DNA of 64,000 nucleotides from Gammaproteobacteria bacterium (GTDB lineage Bacteria; Pseudomonadota; Gammaproteobacteria; UBA6186; Azoamicaceae): NCBI GenBank assembly GCA_044225395.1, contig JBGAIP010000004.1, positions 15,098 to 79,097 of the forward strand, read 5' to 3'. Shown piece by piece: positions 17,786 to 28,833 of this stretch (position 1 is its first letter; each line of letters starts with the position of its first letter). The notes under the pieces were generated by a model. It saw only the letters and a program-made list of their open reading frames with translations, ran no database searches and was not told where the DNA came from. The position numbers and the translations under genes were made by a program.

Positions 17786-19465
17786 CTATTTTTCTTTGTC
17801 CTTGGTATCCATTTGCTCTTTGAGTAAATCACCCAAGGTTGGGCTTGCGCCTTCTTGTCGTGTTAATTCACGCATCGCTTCCTGCTCTTCTTCTGAGTCT
17901 TTTGCCTTGATAGACAAAGTGATTTGTCGTGTTTTACGATCAACGCCTGTAAATTTAGCCTCTACCGTATCGCCTTCATTCAGCATAGTGCGTGCATCTT
18001 CTACACGTTCACGCGCAATATCATTCGCCTTAAGATACCCTTCTACACCTTCTGCTAATTGTATCGTAGCGCCTTTTGCATCAACTGACATAACGGTACC
18101 GGTTACAATGCTGCCTTTGGTATGCTCGGACGTATACATGGCGTAAGGATCGCCTTCTAGCTGCTTAATACCTAACGAAATACGTTCACGTTCAGGATCA
18201 ACTGCTAAAACAACAGCCTCTACTTCATCACCTTTCTTATAGCGACGAACGGCTTCTTCACCACTTTCATTCCAAGCAATATCTGATAAATGGACTAAAC
18301 CATCGATACCACCTTCAAGTCCGATAAAGATACCAAAATCCGTAATGGATTTGATTTTACCGGTGACTTTATCAGATTTGGTATGTGCTGATGCAAAAGC
18401 TTCCCACGGGTTGGCTTTACATTGTTTGAGACCTAATGAAATGCGTCGTCGCTCTTCATCGATATCTAACACAATTACTTCAACTTCTTGTCCTAATTGC
18501 ACGACTTTGGAAGGATGTATATTTTTGTTGGTCCAATCCATTTCAGAGACGTGGACTAGTCCTTCAACACCTTCTTCAATTTCGACAAAACAACCGTAAT
18601 CCGTAATGTTCGTTACCTTGCCGCTTAAACGTGTATCCACAGGATAACGACGTGTAATATCTACCCACGGATCTTCACCCATTTGCTTCAAACCAAGAGA
18701 CACACGGTTTCTCTCACGATCAAATTTTAATACTTTAACAGCGAGTTCCTGACCAACCGTAACTATTTCGCTAGGATGCTTTACGCGACGCCATGCCATA
18801 TCTGTAATATGTAACAAACCATCGATGCCGCCCAAGTCCACAAATGCGCCGTAATCGGTTAAATTCTTAACCACACCTTTGGTTTCTTGTCCTTCTTGTA
18901 AGGTTGTCATTAACTCGTCGCGTTCCGCGCTGCCTTCAGATTCAACAATAGAACGTCGCGAGACAACGACATTATTTCGCTTTTGATCAAGCTTAATCAC
19001 CTTAAATTCGAGTTCTTTTCCTTCCAGTGTACCCGTATCTCGTACAGGTCTAACATCTACTAAAGAACCGGGTAAAAAGGCACGAATAGTTTGGATTTCA
19101 ACCGTAAATCCGCCTTTTACTTTACCTGTGATAACACCTTTAACGGCTTCGCCTGCTTCTTGTGCTTTTGCTAAGCGTGTCCAACATTCAACACGTTTTG
19201 CTTTTTCTCTCGATAATCGGGTTTCGCCCCAACCATCTTCTACCGCATCGAGCACGACTTCGACTTGATCGCCGACTTTAACTTCGAGTTCGCCATTGTC
19301 ATCATAAAATTGATCAATGGGAATATGTCCTTCTGACTTTAATCCAGCATGTACAGTTACAAATTCATCGCTAATACGAATCACGGTACCCGTCACAACG
19401 GAACCTAAATGCACATTGGTTTTGTTAATGCTTTGCTTAAATAATTCTGCGAAATTTTCACTCAT
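17786..19465 (-). CDS. rpsA: 30S ribosomal protein S1
   Basis: [12 protein letters not shown] start and six S1 domains (e.g. [18 protein letters not shown]). Confidence 0.97.
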   Translation of the reverse strand: MSENFAELFKQSINKTNVHLGSVVTGTVIRISDEFVTVHAGLKSEGHIPIDQFYDDNGELEVKVGDQVEVVLDAVEDGWGETRLSREKAKRVECWTRLAKAQEAGEAVKGVITGKVKGGFTVEIQTIRAFLPGSLVDVRPVRDTGTLEGKELEFKVIKLDQKRNNVVVSRRSIVESEGSAERDELMTTLQEGQETKGVVKNLTDYGAFVDLGGIDGLLHITDMAWRRVKHPSEIVTVGQELAVKVLKFDRERNRVSLGLKQMGEDPWVDITRRYPVDTRLSGKVTNITDYGCFVEIEEGVEGLVHVSEMDWTNKNIHPSKVVQLGQEVEVIVLDIDEERRRISLGLKQCKANPWEAFASAHTKSDKVTGKIKSITDFGIFIGLEGGIDGLVHLSDIAWNESGEEAVRRYKKGDEVEAVVLAVDPERERISLGIKQLEGDPYAMYTSEHTKGSIVTGTVMSVDAKGATIQLAEGVEGYLKANDIARERVEDARTMLNEGDTVEAKFTGVDRKTRQITLSIKAKDSEEEQEAMRELTRQEGASPTLGDLLKEQMDTKDKEK

Positions 19466-19535
19466 TGTTTTTTCACTTCTCTCTTTCTCTGTTCGCATCC
19501 CCTGTTAGGATAGCGACACAGGCCTAAAGTTAAAT

Positions 19536-20219
19536 TCAATAAAGACGATGTTTAACCTCATCTAGCACGCGATCAAACACTTCCTTTATCCCCATGCCCG
19601 TTGTATCTATAACAACGGCATCTTTTGCCGGCATTAACGGTGAGGCTACACGCCCCCTGTCTCGCACATCTCTTGCTGCGATTTCCTTCAAAAGATTCTC
19701 TAGCGTAACACTCTCGTCAATATCCTTCAACTGTAAATAACGGCGTTTTGCCCGCTCAATAGCGCTTGCCTCCAAAAAAAACTTGATGATTGCCCCTGGA
19801 AATACGGTAGTCCCCATATCTCGCCCATCCGCAACCAACCCAGGCGGCTGACAGAATGCCCTTTGTTTATCCAATAAAGCCGTCCTAACAGCCGGAAAAA
19901 CCGCAATTTGAGAAGCAGTATTTCCACAGGTTTCTGATCGAATCTGATTTGTCACACTTTGCTTTTCCAGCAGAATTTCCGACTTAAATTCGACATCGAG
20001 CCTTGTCGCCAGCATGGCTAAGGCTGATTCATTGGTTAAATCTACGTGATGATTAAGTGCTGCTAGTGCTAAAACCCGGTATAAGGCACCACTATCTAAA
20101 AAATGCCATCCGAGCGCTTCTGCTAACTTTAACCCGATGGTGCCTTTGCCTGAGCCACCTGGCCCATCGATAGTGATAACAGGAATTGGTTTTGTGTCTG
20201 CAACAGGAGAACTAGGCAT
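19536..20219 (-). CDS. cmk: Cytidylate kinase
   Basis: [14 protein letters not shown]-loop. LDSGALYR. Lies upstream of rpsA. Confidence 0.95.
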   Translation of the reverse strand: MPSSPVADTKPIPVITIDGPGGSGKGTIGLKLAEALGWHFLDSGALYRVLALAALNHHVDLTNESALAMLATRLDVEFKSEILLEKQSVTNQIRSETCGNTASQIAVFPAVRTALLDKQRAFCQPPGLVADGRDMGTTVFPGAIIKFFLEASAIERAKRRYLQLKDIDESVTLENLLKEIAARDVRDRGRVASPLMPAKDAVVIDTTGMGIKEVFDRVLDEVKHRLY

Positions 20220-21234
20220 TCAGCACATCCGTTCGAACAAAAGGCAGCCCAAAATGCTGATAAGCGCGCTCGGTTGCAACCCTACCCCTGGGTGTACGCA
20301 TTAAAAAACCTTGCTGAATCAGAAAGGGTTCTAGCACATCTTCTATGGTACCCCGTTCTTCACCGATAGCAGCCGCTAAACTATCTAACCCCACGGGTCC
20401 GCCGTTGAATCTTTCGATAACGGCATTCAATAATTTTCTATCCATCATATCAAAACCTTCAGCATCGACGTTTAATAAATCCAGTGCTTTATCGGCAATG
20501 TCAGCATCAATAACGCCTTTTCCTTTAACCTCTGCGTAATCTCGCACACGTCGCAATAATCGATTTGCAATTCTGGGCGTACCGCGAGAACGACGCGCAA
20601 TTTCTTGTGCCCCCGCTTCGTTGATGTCTAAATTTAAAATAACGGCAGATCGCGTAACAATATGGCATAAATCAGGCACAGAATAAAATTCTAATCGTTG
20701 CACAATACCAAACCGATCGCGCAGGGGCGATGTCAATAAGCCCGCACGTGTTGTTGCACCCACCAAGGTAAACGGCGGCAAATCCAGTCGTATTGATCTC
20801 GCTGCAGGTCCTTCACCAATCATAATATCCAATTGCCCATCTTCCATGGCAGGGTATAGAATTTCTTCAACCACCGGGCTTAAACGATGAATTTCATCAA
20901 TAAATAAAACATCTTTTGCTTCTAGATTGGTTAATAACGCAGCAAGATCCCCAGCTTTTTCTAACACAGGTCCTGAGGTTTGTCGCAATGATACGCCCAT
21001 TTCGGAAGCAATAATATTCGCAAGCGTTGTTTTACCCAGTCCCGGTGGTCCGAAAATTAAGACGTGATCCAATGCTTCTTGTCGACTTTTGGCAGCTTCA
21101 ATAAATACAGCCATTTGTTCACGTACTTCGGGCTGGCCTATATAATCTTTAAGCCATTTGGGACGAATGGCTTTGTCGACGCGATCTTCATCGGGACGCG
21201 CCGCGGCAGTGGTTAATCGATCGGTTTCTATCAT
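20212..21234 (-). CDS. ruvB: Holliday junction branch migration ATPase RuvB
   Basis: [30 protein letters not shown]. Confidence 0.97.
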   Translation of the reverse strand: MIETDRLTTAAARPDEDRVDKAIRPKWLKDYIGQPEVREQMAVFIEAAKSRQEALDHVLIFGPPGLGKTTLANIIASEMGVSLRQTSGPVLEKAGDLAALLTNLEAKDVLFIDEIHRLSPVVEEILYPAMEDGQLDIMIGEGPAARSIRLDLPPFTLVGATTRAGLLTSPLRDRFGIVQRLEFYSVPDLCHIVTRSAVILNLDINEAGAQEIARRSRGTPRIANRLLRRVRDYAEVKGKGVIDADIADKALDLLNVDAEGFDMMDRKLLNAVIERFNGGPVGLDSLAAAIGEERGTIEDVLEPFLIQQGFLMRTPRGRVATERAYQHFGLPFVRTDVLNA

Positions 21235-21282
21235 AAAAAATCCTTTAAGCTAATATCTAACAGGATACACTAAAATATCGCA

Positions 21283-21900
21283 TTAAGCCCTTGCTAATCC
21301 CTGCAGTGCACGACGAATGAGTTCCTGGCTACTAGCCCCCTCAAATAACACACGACCAATGGCACGTGTTGCTTCTTGTGGTTTATAACCCAAGGCGATC
21401 AGCGCACTCACCGCTTCCTCTTCGACGGCTCTGGGCGATGTCATATCCAATGCTTCTTCAAATAATTTTCTGGAGAAATTTTCATGTTCCGACACAGAAA
21501 CATCAAGCTTACCTGCCATTTCGATAATTAAACGTTCTGCCGTTTTTTTGCCAACGCCTGGTAAACGAACAAGCATATCTGTTTCTCGCGCATCCACGCA
21601 TTTAATAAATTGCAACACATCAATACCCGACAGAATTGTTAAGGCCATTTTAGGCCCAACGCCAGAGACTTTAATTAACGCTTTAAACAAGGCACGCTCG
21701 CGCTCTTCAAAAAAGCCATACAATGCTTGTACATCTTCACGGACTTGAAAATGTGTAAACAAAGTAACAGGGCTCCCCACTTCGGGCAATTGGTATATCG
21801 TAGACATGGGTGCTTGCACTTCATACCCTACGCCACCCACATCTATTAATAAATAAGGTGGTTTTTTGACCTCTAATATTCCGCGTAAACGTCCAATCAT
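21283..21900 (-). CDS. ruvA: Holliday junction DNA helicase RuvA
   Basis: MIGRLRGIL.. start; LPGVGKKTAERL HhH motif. ATGA overlap with the ruvC stop. Confidence 0.95.
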   Translation of the reverse strand: MIGRLRGILEVKKPPYLLIDVGGVGYEVQAPMSTIYQLPEVGSPVTLFTHFQVREDVQALYGFFEERERALFKALIKVSGVGPKMALTILSGIDVLQFIKCVDARETDMLVRLPGVGKKTAERLIIEMAGKLDVSVSEHENFSRKLFEEALDMTSPRAVEEEAVSALIALGYKPQEATRAIGRVLFEGASSQELIRRALQGLARA

Positions 21901-22382
21901 AAAATTCCTCGTATATTTTGTGCATGACAAATTGCTACTGCTAAAGCATCTGCAGCATCTACTTGTGGCAAGCCACTTAATTTCAGTAATACTTTCATCA
22001 TGTGCTGCACTTGCGTCTTATCTGCTGCACCATTGCCAACGACTGTCTTTTTAACTTGGCGAGCTGTATATTCGGCAATATTAAGCCCATTTAGCGTGGC
22101 TGCAACAATGGCAACACCCCGCGCCTGGCCTAACTTTAATGCGCTTGAAACATTAATATGCACAAAAATCTTTTCAATGGCTGCAACAGTCGGCGAAAAA
22201 TCCAGGATAACTTTACTTAAACCTTCAAAAATATGTTGGAGTCGCTGCTCCCATGGATGTTTCCCTGTGCGAATACAGCCACTGGTAATATAAATCTGCT
22301 TTCCTCTGACTTGTTCGATAATACCAAACCCAGTCGTTTGAGAACCTGGATCAATCCCTAAAATAAGAATAAAAATCTCCAT
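21897..22382 (-). CDS. ruvC: Crossover junction endodeoxyribonuclease RuvC
   Basis: ILGIDPGS..TGFGII; QVQHMMKVLL; DAADALAVAICHA. Confidence 0.95.
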   Translation of the reverse strand: MEIFILILGIDPGSQTTGFGIIEQVRGKQIYITSGCIRTGKHPWEQRLQHIFEGLSKVILDFSPTVAAIEKIFVHINVSSALKLGQARGVAIVAATLNGLNIAEYTARQVKKTVVGNGAADKTQVQHMMKVLLKLSGLPQVDAADALAVAICHAQNIRGIL

Positions 22383-23130
22383 AACCGATACTTTCTATGA
22401 TATCTTCAGCAATATCCGCATTAGTATAAACCGATTGCACATCTTCTAACTCCTCTAAAAGATCCACTAACTTCATAAACTTTTCTGCTTGTGTTTTATC
22501 GTCTACGGACGCAGATGTCACAGGAATTAAGGTAATCTCTGCTTGTTCGAGCTTAAAATTTTGCGCTTCTAGTGCCCGTTTAACTTTCGTAAAATCTTCA
22601 AAACTGGTTGTTACCTCAATTGAGCCATCTCCCTCGGTTTGAATATCTTCCGCACCCGATTCTAGTGCGATAGTCATAACGGCATCTTCTGAAGTGCCTG
22701 TTGGCAACAATATCTGCCCTTTCTCGTGAAATAAATAAGCTACCGAGCCATCGGTACCTAAATTGCCACCGTACTTTGTAAATAAATGTCGCACGTCTGC
22801 CACTGTACGTTTGCGATTATTGGTGAGACAGTCCACTATCATGGCGACGCCACCGGGCCCATAACCCTCGTAACGCACTTCTTCTAAATGTTGCCCTTCT
22901 TCCGCGCCTACACCCCGCTTAACCGCGCGATCAATAGTATCTCGTGTCATATTGGCTGTTAGTGCTTTATCAATAGCAGTTCTTAAACGCGGGTTTGTCT
23001 GAGGATCTCCCCCACCTTGTCGTGCAGAAACGGTGATTTCCCGAATATATTTTGTAAATAATTTACCGCGTCTGGCATCTTGCCCCATTTTACGGAATTT
23101 TATGTTTGCCCACTTACTATGTCCAGCCAT
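22351..23130 (-). CDS. yebC: YebC/PmpR-family DNA-binding transcriptional regulator
   Basis: MAGHSKWANIKFRK..; lies upstream of ruvCAB. Confidence 0.95.
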   Translation of the reverse strand: MAGHSKWANIKFRKMGQDARRGKLFTKYIREITVSARQGGGDPQTNPRLRTAIDKALTANMTRDTIDRAVKRGVGAEEGQHLEEVRYEGYGPGGVAMIVDCLTNNRKRTVADVRHLFTKYGGNLGTDGSVAYLFHEKGQILLPTGTSEDAVMTIALESGAEDIQTEGDGSIEVTTSFEDFTKVKRALEAQNFKLEQAEITLIPVTSASVDDKTQAEKFMKLVDLLEELEDVQSVYTNADIAEDIIESIGYGDFYSYFRD

Positions 23131-23242
23131 ACTCTACTCTTAAGGGTTAGGTTTTATTTAAAAGGTGTTTTGCGAGTCACATTGACAATTCTATCACAAA
23201 AACTTTTCTATATTTAATTTTCTAGATATGTTACATGTGAGA

Positions 23243-23271
23243 TTGCTTTGTCAATATAACCGTTATACAAT
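23243..23271 (+). promoter_or_regulatory. Candidate sigma70 promoter of the biosynthetic operon
   Basis: TTGCTT (23243-23248), 17-nt spacer, TACAAT (23266-23271), ~70 nt upstream of ATG 23343. Confidence 0.3.
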
Positions 23272-23342
23272 CTTGTTGGAAATTGCAGAAAAGTTACATA
23301 TCTTAATTTTTGGTGACCTTAAAAGGAAATAAGGGTAAGCTA

Positions 23343-23642
23343 ATGAATATCGATATTACTCGACAGCAACGACCACTATCTGTTCAAGAAATTACCAATA
23401 GACTTAGACCTATCGTTGCCAAAGCCTTACGGATCCCTGAAGTTGAATTATCTGAAGATACCACATTAATCGACTATGGTATCAGTTCATTAATGACGAT
23501 TGTTTTAATACAAAAAATCAACAGAGCGTTTGGCATTCAATCGATTCAAGAAGAAATGCCCATAAGTCATTCCCTTACCTCTCTCTCTCAGTTGATATCT
23601 GAAAAATTAAACGCATCTCACATAGATTCCTTCGTAAGCTAA
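23343..23642 (+). CDS. Acyl/peptidyl carrier protein (PP-binding)
   Basis: DYGISSLMTIVLIQKINRAFG contains the phosphopantetheine Ser context (DxGxxSL). The stop overlaps the next start (TAATG). Confidence 0.8.
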   Translation: MNIDITRQQRPLSVQEITNRLRPIVAKALRIPEVELSEDTTLIDYGISSLMTIVLIQKINRAFGIQSIQEEMPISHSLTSLSQLISEKLNASHIDSFVS

Positions 23643-25372
23643 TGAAAACCATAAATACTAAACCTAACTTTTTACCTGATATTGTGTTAAATCACACAAA
23701 GAACCAACCTGAATCAATCGCCTACACTTTTGTTTGTAATAACAGTTTAGCGAATAAAAGTATTAGCTATGCAGAACTGGATTACAGAGCACGACTCTTA
23801 GCTGAAATTTTTTACACAAAAAACCTAGTTCAAGAAAGAATAATTTTACTGTACCCTGCAGGACTAGAATTTATTGTTGCATATCTAGCCTGTTTATATT
23901 CCGGTGGAATTGCAATTCCACTTAATTGTTCAGATCGTGATTCTCCAGAAAAATTTCTTGCCTTAACCAAAACAATTATTCAGCAGGCAAATGCTAAAAT
24001 GATTGTGACAACAGATTTATTTTTAGATATTATTAAACAGAAATTATCTATAGCACCACAACAAATAGAGATCCTTTCTACAGATTTTATCTATACACAG
24101 CAGGACAATTGCACATTCACACCGATTTCTGTCTCATCTGATATGCTAACACACTTACAATACACTTCTGGTTCTGCTTCAAGCCCTAAAGGCGTCATCT
24201 GTACCCATCATAATCTGGCACACAGTTTGTTTGCAACGGCAAATAGATGGCAATATTCTGCTAAGAGCATCACAGTATCGTGGGCACCACATTCTCATGT
24301 CTATGGTTTAACTGCAGGTTTATTAGTACCCTTATATAGTGGTTCACAGGCTATCCTCATATCTGCCCATGATTTCCTCACCAACCCTATTAGCTGGCTT
24401 AAGACAATTTCAGATTACAAAGCAACACACAGTGGCTGTCCAAACTTTGGTTATGAATTTTGTATTGAGCACATTGAAGATGAAGAATTAAACGCTTTGA
24501 ATTTATCCGATTGGCGAGTGGCATCTAACGGTGGGGAATCGGTACAGTTCAATACTTTAGTAAAATTTTTTAATAAATTTAACTCTACCGGATTTAAGTT
24601 TGAAAACTTTTATCCGGCGTATGGTATGTCGGAATGTACCGGGCTTATCGCAACGCATCCGGCTGATTCAAAACCTGTTTTTTCCTTTTTTGATAAAAAA
24701 GAACTACAAATCAATCACGTTGTGGCAGTCACTGATACATCACAACAAGCGCTTGTTTCTTGTGGAATACCTATTAATGGTATCACCATCAAAATTGTAA
24801 ACCCTGAAACTCGTCAAGAAGAAGTAGTATCAGACCACATCGGTGAAGTGTGGATAACCGGTCCTATTTGCACAAAAGGCTATTGGAATACGACAGACTC
24901 CCCACTAGGGTTACTTTCCAACGACAAGACTAACCCATATATCAGAACAGGCGATTTGGGCTTTATCCTAAATGGAGAACTGTTTTTAGTCGGCCGTTTA
25001 AAAGAAATCATTATGCTTTATGGAAAGAATTATTACCCCCATGATATTGAAATGGATGTTAAAAATTCCAATGTACACTTCACTCATAATGCTTGCGCTG
25101 CTTTCTCTGAACGAGTGGGTAACAACGAAGAATTGTTTATTATTCAAGAAATTGAAAATAATTTATCTGAAAATGAATATATCTCTGCCATCGCTTCGGC
25201 ACATAAGTCTTTAGCACTTAAACATAGCATTGATGCTTATGCCATTGTTTTAGTGAATCAAAATTCAATACCAAAAACAGCAAGCGGAAAACTTCAAAGA
25301 AAAATGGCAAGCCAGAAGTATTTTAAACGGACGTTTGACATTGTGTATGAAAGCATTAAGGAACCAGCGTAA
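23642..25372 (+). CDS. Fatty acyl-AMP ligase (FAAL, FadD32-like adenylating enzyme)
   Basis: LQYTSGSASSPKGVICTHHNL, YGMSE, TGDLGF, GRLKEIIMLYGKNYYPHDIE, KTASGKLQR. Confidence 0.88.
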   Translation: MKTINTKPNFLPDIVLNHTKNQPESIAYTFVCNNSLANKSISYAELDYRARLLAEIFYTKNLVQERIILLYPAGLEFIVAYLACLYSGGIAIPLNCSDRDSPEKFLALTKTIIQQANAKMIVTTDLFLDIIKQKLSIAPQQIEILSTDFIYTQQDNCTFTPISVSSDMLTHLQYTSGSASSPKGVICTHHNLAHSLFATANRWQYSAKSITVSWAPHSHVYGLTAGLLVPLYSGSQAILISAHDFLTNPISWLKTISDYKATHSGCPNFGYEFCIEHIEDEELNALNLSDWRVASNGGESVQFNTLVKFFNKFNSTGFKFENFYPAYGMSECTGLIATHPADSKPVFSFFDKKELQINHVVAVTDTSQQALVSCGIPINGITIKIVNPETRQEEVVSDHIGEVWITGPICTKGYWNTTDSPLGLLSNDKTNPYIRTGDLGFILNGELFLVGRLKEIIMLYGKNYYPHDIEMDVKNSNVHFTHNACAAFSERVGNNEELFIIQEIENNLSENEYISAIASAHKSLALKHSIDAYAIVLVNQNSIPKTASGKLQRKMASQKYFKRTFDIVYESIKEPA

Positions 25373-25397
25373 AGGGCTTTAATTCAAGGAATGTACT

Positions 25398-27020
25398 ATG
25401 ATAGAACTTGACGAAACATTTAAAGTAGACAGCTTAGTAAAAAATGTAGCGGTTACGATCGGACCGACTTGTAAATTAACACTTTTAGATGCCAAAAAAG
25501 TGGGGGTTGAATTACAGCCGGTACATCTGCACGAAAATGCGTATGAGGACTTGAAAAAATCTCATATTTTCCTACAAAACTATATCAATAAACGTGTACC
25601 AATTTATGGTATAAACACACAATTTGGCGATCAAGTAAGTCTTCTAGACACAAACCTAAAAAACAATAATTCGTCACTTTATTATGATTCTATTAATGAT
25701 CGCCAAAGCAATCTGATTAAATCTCATGCTTGTGGCACGGGAGATGCTGTACCACCTGAAATTGTGAGGGTAGCGATATTATTGCGAGCACAGTGTCTAT
25801 CACAAGGTTATTCAGGCGTTTCTCCTGGGGTAATAGAAGTCATGTTAGCCAGTTTAAATGCCGGCATTGTACCCGTCGTTCCTAAATACGGTTCTATTGG
25901 TGCAAGTGGTGATTTAATTCCACTTGCTACCATTGCGGCTGCCCTGATTGGTGATAATATTAATGTTCACTATCAAGGCACTGTTATGCCTGCAGAAAAT
26001 GCTTTTAAACTAGCAGGTTTAAAACCTTTACTCCCGATCATGCGAGACGGCCTTGCCATGATCAATGGCACTTCTTTTATGACAGCAATCGCCAGCATAA
26101 CACTGTGTCATTTAAACCGATTATTTAAGCAAATGTTGGCTAGCATTGCCATGATGCTTGAATCTGTTATGGTTATTAGTAGCGCTTACGACCCTTTGGT
26201 TCATCACTTAAAACGTCAGAGTGGACAAATCGAAATAAATAATTTTTTACGCTCGTTTTGGAAAGGCAGTCAATTGCTTTCTGATTTGGAAGAATTAAGA
26301 ATAAAAACCAATAACACTGAAACCACCCCTCATCAATCCACTAAACCTGTACAAGATTATTATTCTATACGCTCGGTTGCACAAGGTTTTGGGCCATTTC
26401 AAGAAAATCTTAAAAAGGCTACCGCGTGGATAGAAAATGAAATGAATTCGGTAAACGATAATCCCATCATCAATGTGGTAGAGGAACAGATCTACCATGG
26501 AGCTAATTTTATGGGTTATTACATTACGGATGCATGCGATATGTTAAAAATGAATATTAGCCAAGCTTCTACATGGTTACATGCGCTACTGGCAAATTTA
26601 GTTCATCCCAGAAAAAATCATCATCTTCCGGCAAATTTAGTAGAGCATCCTGAAAAATATAATGGGTTTAGACCCATTCAACTATTAGCCGCTGCACTTG
26701 CCGTGCAAAATAGAAAATTGGCTCAGTCGCAACAGGCTTATAATTTGCCTACTGAGGGTGATAACCAAGATGTTAACAGTTTGGGCACACATGCGGCCCT
26801 CGATTTTCGAGAATCCGTAGAAAATTTGGAAAGGCTAACCGCAATTATGTTACTTGCTTCTACTCAAGCGCTTGAATTACGTGGCATTGGAAAAGCCAGT
26901 CCTCGCGCACAAAGTATTTATCAGACTATTCGAGAGCACTCTCCAACTATTGCAGATTGTAGAGTCATGCAACATGAATTAAATACTGTCGTTTCGCTAT
27001 TAAGAGCTGAAAAGATATAA
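25398..27020 (+). CDS. MIO-dependent aromatic amino-acid ammonia-lyase/aminomutase family protein (HAL/PAL/TAL)
   Basis: YGINTQFG; MIO-forming Ala-Ser-Gly in GSIGASGDLIPLA (25902-25910); NDNP; QDVNSLG. Confidence 0.9.
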   Translation: MIELDETFKVDSLVKNVAVTIGPTCKLTLLDAKKVGVELQPVHLHENAYEDLKKSHIFLQNYINKRVPIYGINTQFGDQVSLLDTNLKNNNSSLYYDSINDRQSNLIKSHACGTGDAVPPEIVRVAILLRAQCLSQGYSGVSPGVIEVMLASLNAGIVPVVPKYGSIGASGDLIPLATIAAALIGDNINVHYQGTVMPAENAFKLAGLKPLLPIMRDGLAMINGTSFMTAIASITLCHLNRLFKQMLASIAMMLESVMVISSAYDPLVHHLKRQSGQIEINNFLRSFWKGSQLLSDLEELRIKTNNTETTPHQSTKPVQDYYSIRSVAQGFGPFQENLKKATAWIENEMNSVNDNPIINVVEEQIYHGANFMGYYITDACDMLKMNISQASTWLHALLANLVHPRKNHHLPANLVEHPEKYNGFRPIQLLAAALAVQNRKLAQSQQAYNLPTEGDNQDVNSLGTHAALDFRESVENLERLTAIMLLASTQALELRGIGKASPRAQSIYQTIREHSPTIADCRVMQHELNTVVSLLRAEKI

Positions 27021-27036
27021 TCAACTAGGAGGCACC

Positions 27037-28833
27037 ATGTCTCAGTTTATACAGTTAGAACATATATCGGTTGCAGAGCTGGTTATTAAATATCTCGAGC
27101 TTGAAGGTGTAACACATGTGTTTGGTATCCCCGGTGGTTATATTAGCCCCTTTCTAGAACTTCTACGTGAACATCCTACCATTAAGTTGATTATTGCCCG
27201 ACACGAAGAAGGCGCGGCCTTTATGGCAGATGGTTATGCACGAAGCACTGGAAAATTAGGTGTTGTTTTTACCACTGCCGGCCCTGGTGCAACAAACGCA
27301 TTAACGGGCATTGCGTGTGCTAGGGTCGATCATAGCCCAGTGATGATTATTGTCGGGCAGCCATCGACTGCCATATCTGGATGTGGCGCATGGCAAGACA
27401 GTTCTTACTCTGGTATCAATGTTTGCGAAATTTTTAGGCACGTCTGTGGTTTTAGTGAAGTGGCCATGCATGCAGAAAATTTTCCATCTCTTTTTGCGAG
27501 AGCGCTCAGGGTTGCACATGGCACTCCCAAACAAACAGTACATATTTCTATACCGATTAATATTTCCGCAACAAAAATCTCCAAGATGGAGTTCCCTTTA
27601 AAACGAAATTATATGTTTCCTGCTGTCGGCTTAGGGTATCGTTCTAATGAGGAAATGCTTTTGAAAATTTTTGAAATCATTATTCAAGCTAAAAATCCCG
27701 TTATGTTGATTGGTGGAGGTTGTATAGAGGCTTTGCGAAAACCTAGTATATTAGCCCTGTTTTCTTATTTTGTATCGAAACATAAAATACCCGTTATGAC
27801 AACGCCAAAAGCAAAGGGGTTATTTCCGGAATCACATCAATTTTCTCTGGGTGTTTTTGGACTGGGTGGCTCGCTACATAGCGAGCTCTATTTACACCAA
27901 TATCCACCAGACATTGTCGTTGTTTTGGGTAGTTCATTAAATGAATGGGCAACTTCGCAATGGAATCATCACTTAAAACCTTCAAATGCTATGATACAAG
28001 TCGATATAGATGCATCTCATATTGGTAGAGTCTATCCCGTCCATTATGGACTTCAGTGCGATGTTGAAACATTGATACATCAATTGATTGAAATTGATAA
28101 AAAAAATACATCTATTTCAAACCAAAGTTCTCATCAAGAAAACAGATTGGCATGCTTCAAGAAAGAAACCACGAATTTTTTAAATGTTGATAAAATGAAT
28201 TCCAACAGCATCCCCCTAAAACCTCAAAAAGTATTTAACGAATTATCTCATTTTGCTAGAGACAAAGAGATTGCTTTTTTTCTTGATATTGGGAATAGTA
28301 CCGGCTTTTTTTCTCATTATATGCAACTTGGGCTCTCTCATCTGCTTTACACTGCCTACGGATTTACTTGTATGGGCTGGTCTAGTGGTGCTGCTATAGG
28401 TGCTAAACTGGCTTCTCCACAATTAACTTGTATCGCGGTATTGGGTGACGGAGCTTTTTTAATGAACGGTGTAGAAATACAAACTGCTGCACGGTACGGC
28501 GTAGGTGTTATTTATATAATAATGTTTGACGATTGTTATGGTATGGTTAATCATGGCATGAATGCTGTTTCTAAACGTGCTTATACAGATAAGGATTATT
28601 ATTCTTTGGGAACACCTGATCTGGTTAAATTTTCCGAGTCTCTCGGTGCCAATAGCTACTTGATCGACAAACCTAATCAATTATCACATTGTTTAACCCT
28701 CGCAAACCAAAATGCGATTATTTTTAAAAAACCACAGGTATTAATAGTCAATATTGATCCATATGAACAAGCCCCTTTTGGGAGTCGTTACAAAGCTATT
28801 CAAAAAGCAATTGAACAGGAGAATGTAGAATGA
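27037..28833 (+). CDS. Thiamine-diphosphate-dependent enzyme (acetolactate synthase-like carboligase/decarboxylase family)
   Basis: GIPGG, GPGATNALTGIA, ThDP motif GDGAFLMNG..X25..DD (28444-28533). ATGA overlap with the next gene. Confidence 0.88.
   Translation: MSQFIQLEHISVAELVIKYLELEGVTHVFGIPGGYISPFLELLREHPTIKLIIARHEEGAAFMADGYARSTGKLGVVFTTAGPGATNALTGIACARVDHSPVMIIVGQPSTAISGCGAWQDSSYSGINVCEIFRHVCGFSEVAMHAENFPSLFARALRVAHGTPKQTVHISIPINISATKISKMEFPLKRNYMFPAVGLGYRSNEEMLLKIFEIIIQAKNPVMLIGGGCIEALRKPSILALFSYFVSKHKIPVMTTPKAKGLFPESHQFSLGVFGLGGSLHSELYLHQYPPDIVVVLGSSLNEWATSQWNHHLKPSNAMIQVDIDASHIGRVYPVHYGLQCDVETLIHQLIEIDKKNTSISNQSSHQENRLACFKKETTNFLNVDKMNSNSIPLKPQKVFNELSHFARDKEIAFFLDIGNSTGFFSHYMQLGLSHLLYTAYGFTCMGWSSGAAIGAKLASPQLTCIAVLGDGAFLMNGVEIQTAARYGVGVIYIIMFDDCYGMVNHGMNAVSKRAYTDKDYYSLGTPDLVKFSESLGANSYLIDKPNQLSHCLTLANQNAIIFKKPQVLIVNIDPYEQAPFGSRYKAIQKAIEQENVE

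Noticed and set aside
17709-18146. 145-aa ORF on the plus strand (and others at 18345..18599 and 19317..19508)
   Set aside because: It lies entirely antisense to rpsA, whose six S1 domains are unambiguous, so this is a shadow ORF.
22351-22382. 32-nt overlap between yebC and ruvC as a possible mis-annotation or frameshift
   Set aside because: Both proteins align end-to-end with their families. The overlap most likely reflects a slightly downstream true ruvC start, or a tolerated overlap.
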